DNA from: a bacterium | Lineage (GTDB): Bacteria > Zhuqueibacterota > Zhuqueibacteria > Residuimicrobiales > Krinioviventaceae | Assembly: GCA_963693055.1 (NCBI GenBank) | Contig: OY843751.1 | Location: 5,408,001-5,472,000 of the forward strand | Direction of reading: 5' to 3' | Length of the DNA: 64,000 bases | Part shown: positions 59,571-64,000 of the stretch, in pieces | Layout of the letters: each line of letters begins with the position of its first letter | How positions within the stretch are numbered: the first letter of the stretch is position 1 | The notes under the pieces: generated by a model | Seen by the model: only the letters and a program-made list of their open reading frames with translations | Told to the model about the DNA's origin: nothing | Database searches by the model: none | Program-made: the position numbers and the translations under genes

Positions 59571-61109
59571 ATGTCATTCAATACCAATGGTAGTATATCT
59601 CGCAGGGACTTTATCAAAACCTCTTCGGCTGCGGCCATTGGGGCACCATTCGTCCACTGCGCAAGTCGTAAAGAAAAACCAAATCTGTTGTTTATCTGGA
59701 CAGACGAACAACGCGCCGACACAATGGCAGTATATGGTAACAGACGTATCCATGCGCCAAACCTGAATGCATTGGCGAGCGAAAGTGTGGTTTTCAAGAA
59801 CGCCTATATTAGCCAACCGGTTTGCACTCCTTCCCGTTCAACCGTAATGACAGGTTTGTGGCCGCACAATAATACCTGCACACAGAACAACATACCACTA
59901 CCTGAAACGACCCCCTGTTTCCCGGAATTGATTGATGATCCCGATTATCGCACCGGCTATTTTGGAAAATGGCACCTGGGTGATGAAGTTTTTGCCCAAC
60001 ATGGGTTTGAAGAATGGAAAAGTATAGAAGACGGCTATTGGAAATATTATAGCGAAACACGCAACAAAGACCAGAAAAGTGATTATTGCCAGTATCTTAA
60101 ATCACTGGATTATAAACCCAATACCAGCCGGAATGACTATAGCCGCAGCTTTGCGGCTAAATTGCCTCTTGAACATTGCAAACCCAAATTCCTTGAATCT
60201 CAGGCCATCGATTTTTTAAACAGGCACCAGAACAATCCCTTTATGCTGTATATCAATTTTCTTGAACCGCACATGCCTTTCTTTGGACCGCTGGATTATG
60301 AACACCATGTGTCTGATATAGATTTACCAAAAAATTTTTGGGACCCCCTGGAAGAGAACGAACCCTTGCGTTATAGATTGCTGCGAGAATACTATAGAAC
60401 CAATGGGTATGACAATAATGACCTAAGTACTGAAGCCGGTTGGCGAAGATTGATTGCAAACTATTGGGGCCTGGTAACCCAGGTAGATCTCAGTGTTGGC
60501 GCTATTCTTGATCATCTAGAAAACCTGGGACTGGCAGACAATACCATTGTGGTTTATACCAGTGACCACGGAGATATGATGGGTTCTCACAATCTGTTAG
60601 CCAAAACCGTAATGTATGAAGAATCGGTAAGAGTGCCTTGGCTTATGCGTGTTCCGGAATTTGGCAAAACCCAAAAAATAATTAAGAACAGAGCAAGTCA
60701 TATTGACCTTGTTCCCACATTATTGGAATTAATGCAGGGGAAAAATCGTTCAGACTTGCCTGGAAAGAGTCTTTTGCCCAATTTTAGAGAAAACCGCAAT
60801 TTAGATAATGATATATTTCTAGAGTGGAATCCTCCAACGGGCAGCAAACCATCACGAATGGTCAACAATATTCCAGAAAACGAACAGCTGAATGCTTACA
60901 ATGCAAGCATTCGTACAGTAATAACTCAAAACGGTTGGAAACTCTGCCTGAGCGATAAAGATAAAAGCCAGCTCTTTAATCTTGATAAAGATCCATACGA
61001 GACCATAAACCTGTTTGATTCTGGCCAACATAATGATGTTATTAATGATTTGACTGACAGAATTGTGAACTGGCAGCAAAACACCCGGGATACAATACAA
61101 ATAATCTGA
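59571..61109 (+). CDS. Tat-exported sulfatase (formylglycine-dependent, S1)
   Basis: SRRDFIK Tat motif; PNLLFIWTDEQRAD, CTPSR, GKWHL, EPH.P, SDHG, DPYE..NL. Confidence 0.93.
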   Translation: MSFNTNGSISRRDFIKTSSAAAIGAPFVHCASRKEKPNLLFIWTDEQRADTMAVYGNRRIHAPNLNALASESVVFKNAYISQPVCTPSRSTVMTGLWPHNNTCTQNNIPLPETTPCFPELIDDPDYRTGYFGKWHLGDEVFAQHGFEEWKSIEDGYWKYYSETRNKDQKSDYCQYLKSLDYKPNTSRNDYSRSFAAKLPLEHCKPKFLESQAIDFLNRHQNNPFMLYINFLEPHMPFFGPLDYEHHVSDIDLPKNFWDPLEENEPLRYRLLREYYRTNGYDNNDLSTEAGWRRLIANYWGLVTQVDLSVGAILDHLENLGLADNTIVVYTSDHGDMMGSHNLLAKTVMYEESVRVPWLMRVPEFGKTQKIIKNRASHIDLVPTLLELMQGKNRSDLPGKSLLPNFRENRNLDNDIFLEWNPPTGSKPSRMVNNIPENEQLNAYNASIRTVITQNGWKLCLSDKDKSQLFNLDKDPYETINLFDSGQHNDVINDLTDRIVNWQQNTRDTIQII

Positions 61110-61117
61110 GGAGATGA

Positions 61118-62515
61118 ATGAAAAAAATAGCTATTTTACTGATTATTATTGCTACCGGCTTTCTGAATTGTACCTCAACATCTCAGGAAAATTTATCACA
61201 GCATATTCAGCTTTGTATTCAAAATCCGCACTATTTTGCATACAAGGGAAAACCCGTTTTACTACTAGGGGGATCAGACGAAGACAATTTATTCAACAAT
61301 CCATACCTGATGGAAGAAAACCTTGAAACATTGTACGAGGTGGGCGGAAATTACATCCGGTGTACAATGTCAAGTAGGGATAACGGTAATGTATGGCCAT
61401 TTGCCCAAAAACAAAATGGATTGTATGACCTTGATCAGTATAACCAAGAGTACTGGAACCGTTTTGAAAACTGTCTTGTCAGAGCCAGAGACTATGATAT
61501 CATTGTACAGGTCGAAATCTGGGCAACTTTTGATTTTTATAGAGATTACTGGACAGTCAATCCATTTAATCCTGCAAACAATATTAATTATAGCATAGAT
61601 GACACACAATTAAAATCAACCTGGCCGCATCATCCGGCAAGCAAGCCGCAACCTTTTTTCTTTTCTGTTCCTGAACAGAATAATGATTCTTTGCTAATCA
61701 AATACCAGCGCAAATTTGTAGATAAACTTTTGAGCATCAGTCTGAATTATGATAACGTACTGTATTGTATGGATAATGAAACACGGGCGCCTGCTGAATG
61801 GGCCTGGTATTGGGCTGATTATATTCAAAAAAAAGCCTATCAATCTGGTGTTCCGGTTATGCTCACAGAAATGTGGGACGCTCATGATCTTCACAACAAA
61901 GAACACCGTCGCACCTATGACCATCTTGAACTTTTTGCCTATTTTGACATCTCTCAAAACAACTGGCAGGAAGGCCAAACACATTACGAAAATGCCCTCT
62001 GGGTTAGAAACTTGCTTCAAGACCACGGAGGCGTTCGCCCCCTTACCAATATCAAAGTATATCATCGTCGTCATAACAACATGCCAAATACTCCCTCAGT
62101 TGGTGTTGATCGCTGGTGGCAAAATATCTTTGCAGGATGCGCAAGCACCCGTTTTCATCGCCCTACCGGAGGCACAGGTTTAAATCCGCTTTCTCAACAA
62201 AATATTAGAGCGGCACGTACTTTTACAGATGCTTTTAATATTTTTGCATGCCAACCCCTTCCCGATCTGCTAAGTGACACGGATCCAAATGAAGCGTACT
62301 GCCTGGCTGATCCTGGTAATACATATGCTTTATATTTTCCAACCGGTGGTAATGTTACCCTCAAGCTTGAAGAAACCTCAAAACAATACAAAATAACCTG
62401 GTTTGATCCGGTTACTCTTAAATTTTATAAAGCAAAAACTATTACCGGCAATCCCGCACAAATTCAATCACCCAATATGGACCAGATATGGCTGGCACTG
62501 ATCAATATCCAGTAG
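61118..62515 (+). CDS. Lipoprotein with putative GH TIM barrel (DUF4038/DUF6298-like) and C-terminal collagen-binding-like domain
   Basis: FLNC lipobox; NPHYFAYKGKP, MDNE, YALYFP.GG..WFDP. Confidence 0.65.
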   Translation: MKKIAILLIIIATGFLNCTSTSQENLSQHIQLCIQNPHYFAYKGKPVLLLGGSDEDNLFNNPYLMEENLETLYEVGGNYIRCTMSSRDNGNVWPFAQKQNGLYDLDQYNQEYWNRFENCLVRARDYDIIVQVEIWATFDFYRDYWTVNPFNPANNINYSIDDTQLKSTWPHHPASKPQPFFFSVPEQNNDSLLIKYQRKFVDKLLSISLNYDNVLYCMDNETRAPAEWAWYWADYIQKKAYQSGVPVMLTEMWDAHDLHNKEHRRTYDHLELFAYFDISQNNWQEGQTHYENALWVRNLLQDHGGVRPLTNIKVYHRRHNNMPNTPSVGVDRWWQNIFAGCASTRFHRPTGGTGLNPLSQQNIRAARTFTDAFNIFACQPLPDLLSDTDPNEAYCLADPGNTYALYFPTGGNVTLKLEETSKQYKITWFDPVTLKFYKAKTITGNPAQIQSPNMDQIWLALINIQ

Positions 62516-63495
62516 ATTTACCTTACCCGGACCAGATTATTGACATGCTTGTGCCGGACAACCAGGGAAAAGAGCGTCTTGACAAATTTCTTTGCGATCA
62601 TCTCCCCTCTGTTACACGAGCCAAGATCAAAAAACTGATCGATGTTGCTGGTGTTACGGTGAACGATGTTCCTGTTAAAGCAGGTTACAGTATTAGACCG
62701 GGAGATAAAATACGTATTCGTTTTCCAAGACCACCCAAAACCGAACTGGAGCCCGAAGATATTCCTCTTGATATCATTTATGAAGATGACCACCTTCTTG
62801 TAGTAAATAAACCGCCGGGCATGGTTGTGCATCCCGCTTATGGAAACCGGACCGGAACACTGGTAAACGCATTACTTGCCCATTGCGGCCAGCTTTCAGA
62901 TGTAGGCGGAGAAACCCGTCCGGGACTGGTACATAGGTTGGACAAAGATACATCCGGCTTGTTGGTCGTAGCTAAAAACGATGTCACCCATGTAGAATTG
63001 GCAAGACAATTGTCCTCACGCAAAATGGACAGAGAATACCGGGCAATTATCTGGCGGCACCCCAAAGCAAAATCCGGTACAATTGAAGCCGCTTTAGGCC
63101 GTAACCCCAAAGACAGAACCCTAATGCGCATCGATCCGGAAGGCAAGCACGCAATTACCCACTATGAAGTGCTTGAAAGGCATTCGCTAACCAGCTATAT
63201 AAAACTCAATCTGGAAACCGGGCGCACACATCAAATCAGAGTTCACATGACTTCACTGGGGCACCCCATTTTTTCGGATGCCGCTTATGGGGGCAGAGGC
63301 AAACAGCTAGCCGGAATGAATAACGAACGAACAAAGTTTATAAACGGCCTGTTTAAAGACTTTAAACGACAAATGCTGCACGCAAAAAGTTTGGCATTTG
63401 TTCATCCGGCAACCCACGAACTCATGAGATTCGACTCTCCCATTCCTCAGGATATGCAAGATTTGTTGGAACAACTCAGGTCTACACATGTGTAA
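62488..63495 (+). CDS. rluD: 23S rRNA pseudouridine synthase (RluA/RluD family)
   Basis: S4 domain (RLDKFL), NKPPGMVVHP, VHRLDKDTSG, ETGRTHQIRVH, QMLHA. Confidence 0.92.
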   Translation: MAGTDQYPVDLPYPDQIIDMLVPDNQGKERLDKFLCDHLPSVTRAKIKKLIDVAGVTVNDVPVKAGYSIRPGDKIRIRFPRPPKTELEPEDIPLDIIYEDDHLLVVNKPPGMVVHPAYGNRTGTLVNALLAHCGQLSDVGGETRPGLVHRLDKDTSGLLVVAKNDVTHVELARQLSSRKMDREYRAIIWRHPKAKSGTIEAALGRNPKDRTLMRIDPEGKHAITHYEVLERHSLTSYIKLNLETGRTHQIRVHMTSLGHPIFSDAAYGGRGKQLAGMNNERTKFINGLFKDFKRQMLHAKSLAFVHPATHELMRFDSPIPQDMQDLLEQLRSTHV

Positions 63496-63658
63496 ATATC
63501 CTACAGTTGTATATTTTTCACATGTGTAAAAAACCTACACTTGGAATTTTCTTTAACGATCCACTCTGAGCGAGATAGCCGCAAATCAATCATTTACAAA
63601 CACTTACGAAAAATACAATCTCCATTCATTTTATCCTTTCTTCTGGCATACCTATTGC
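63490..63658 (+). promoter_or_regulatory. Complete sigma54 promoter: enhancer pair, IHF site and -24/-12
   Basis: GTGTA-N7-TACAS at 63490 and 63524; AATCAA-TCAT-TTA at 63584-63596; TGGCATACCTATTGC at 63644-63658. Confidence 0.8.
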
Positions 63659-63696
63659 CTGTACCCTATTGAAGAAAGATAAAAGAGAGGTTAATC

Positions 63697-64000
63697 ATGG
63701 AAAATACTAAAGCGAAACAAATGCTGCTCTTTTTGTGGATTACAGCCGCAGTTCTGATCCTGCTAAGTATGGTATTATGGGGTCAGTCTCATGCAGCCGT
63801 GACTGAAGAATTTACAATCAATTCAGATAATGATATTTCCGTCAGCGAGATGGAATCCAAATACCTGGGCCCTGACAGTTCTCCGTTGCGCTTCAATGGT
63901 GACACCACTATTGAAGAAGACCAGTTGATCAGACGAGATGTTGTCGTTGTAGATGGCACAATCCAAATCAAAGGCGAAATTGAAGGCAATGTACTTTGTA
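63697..64000 (+). CDS. Partial exported or membrane protein with bactofilin-like (polymer-forming) beta-helix repeats
   Basis: GAGAGG RBS; MENTKAKQMLLFLW.. hydrophobic leader; GDTTIEED..DVVVVDGTIQIKGEIEGNV; runs off the window, so absent from the ORF track. Confidence 0.65.
   Translation, partial: MENTKAKQMLLFLWITAAVLILLSMVLWGQSHAAVTEEFTINSDNDISVSEMESKYLGPDSSPLRFNGDTTIEEDQLIRRDVVVVDGTIQIKGEIEGNVLC

Noticed and set aside
1-64000. Numerous 60-190 aa ORFs overlapping the called genes; tRNA, rRNA, integrase or selenoprotein signals
   Set aside because: Shadow ORFs lack motifs and RBS; I saw no tRNA or rRNA signatures, recombinase motifs or in-frame TGA at catalytic Cys positions (manual inspection only)

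Overview
This is a gene-dense, AT-rich (roughly 40% GC by eye) chromosomal segment of an anaerobic or facultative, polysaccharide-using Gram-negative bacterium. A PorV-like protein, an NYPNPFNP-type T9SS C-terminal domain, sigma54 promoters and Shine-Dalgarno sites point to an FCB-group lineage such as KSB1 or Calditrichota (inference). Coding content: GH43, GH78, BNR/sialidase-like, esterase and sulfatase enzymes, feoAB plus a CDF exporter, dcd, nrdDG, a DUF3857 pair, an RND pump, a nitrogen-assimilation cluster (GSIII, TorF-like porin, amtB, glnK, GAF-AAA+ sigma54 activator), an M48 protease, a 5'-nucleotidase, several GyrI/MerR proteins, an AGE epimerase with a PfkB-HAD fusion, and rluD. 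I saw no rRNA, tRNA, CRISPR array or transposase. Most notable observations: (1) a NifA/AnfA-like activator with no nif genes nearby, and TAC-N6-GTA-like sites in ~30-bp-spaced sets upstream of two sigma54 promoters and next to its own promoter. (2) A low-GC lipoprotein gene bracketed by a tandem composite repeat built around a GTAGGGAAC/GTTCCCTAC palindrome, resembling a cassette. (3) A MITE with a 4-bp target duplication inserted in a palindrome loop. (4) A damaged Tat-nitroreductase/LytS-LytTR operon with an in-frame chimera and two +1 frameshifts. (5) A BmrR-like regulator with a 19-bp-spacer promoter and a candidate internal start. (6) Candidate structured leader RNAs at nrdD, glnN and the TonB-receptor operon. 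All family assignments come from motif recognition by eye, not database searches.
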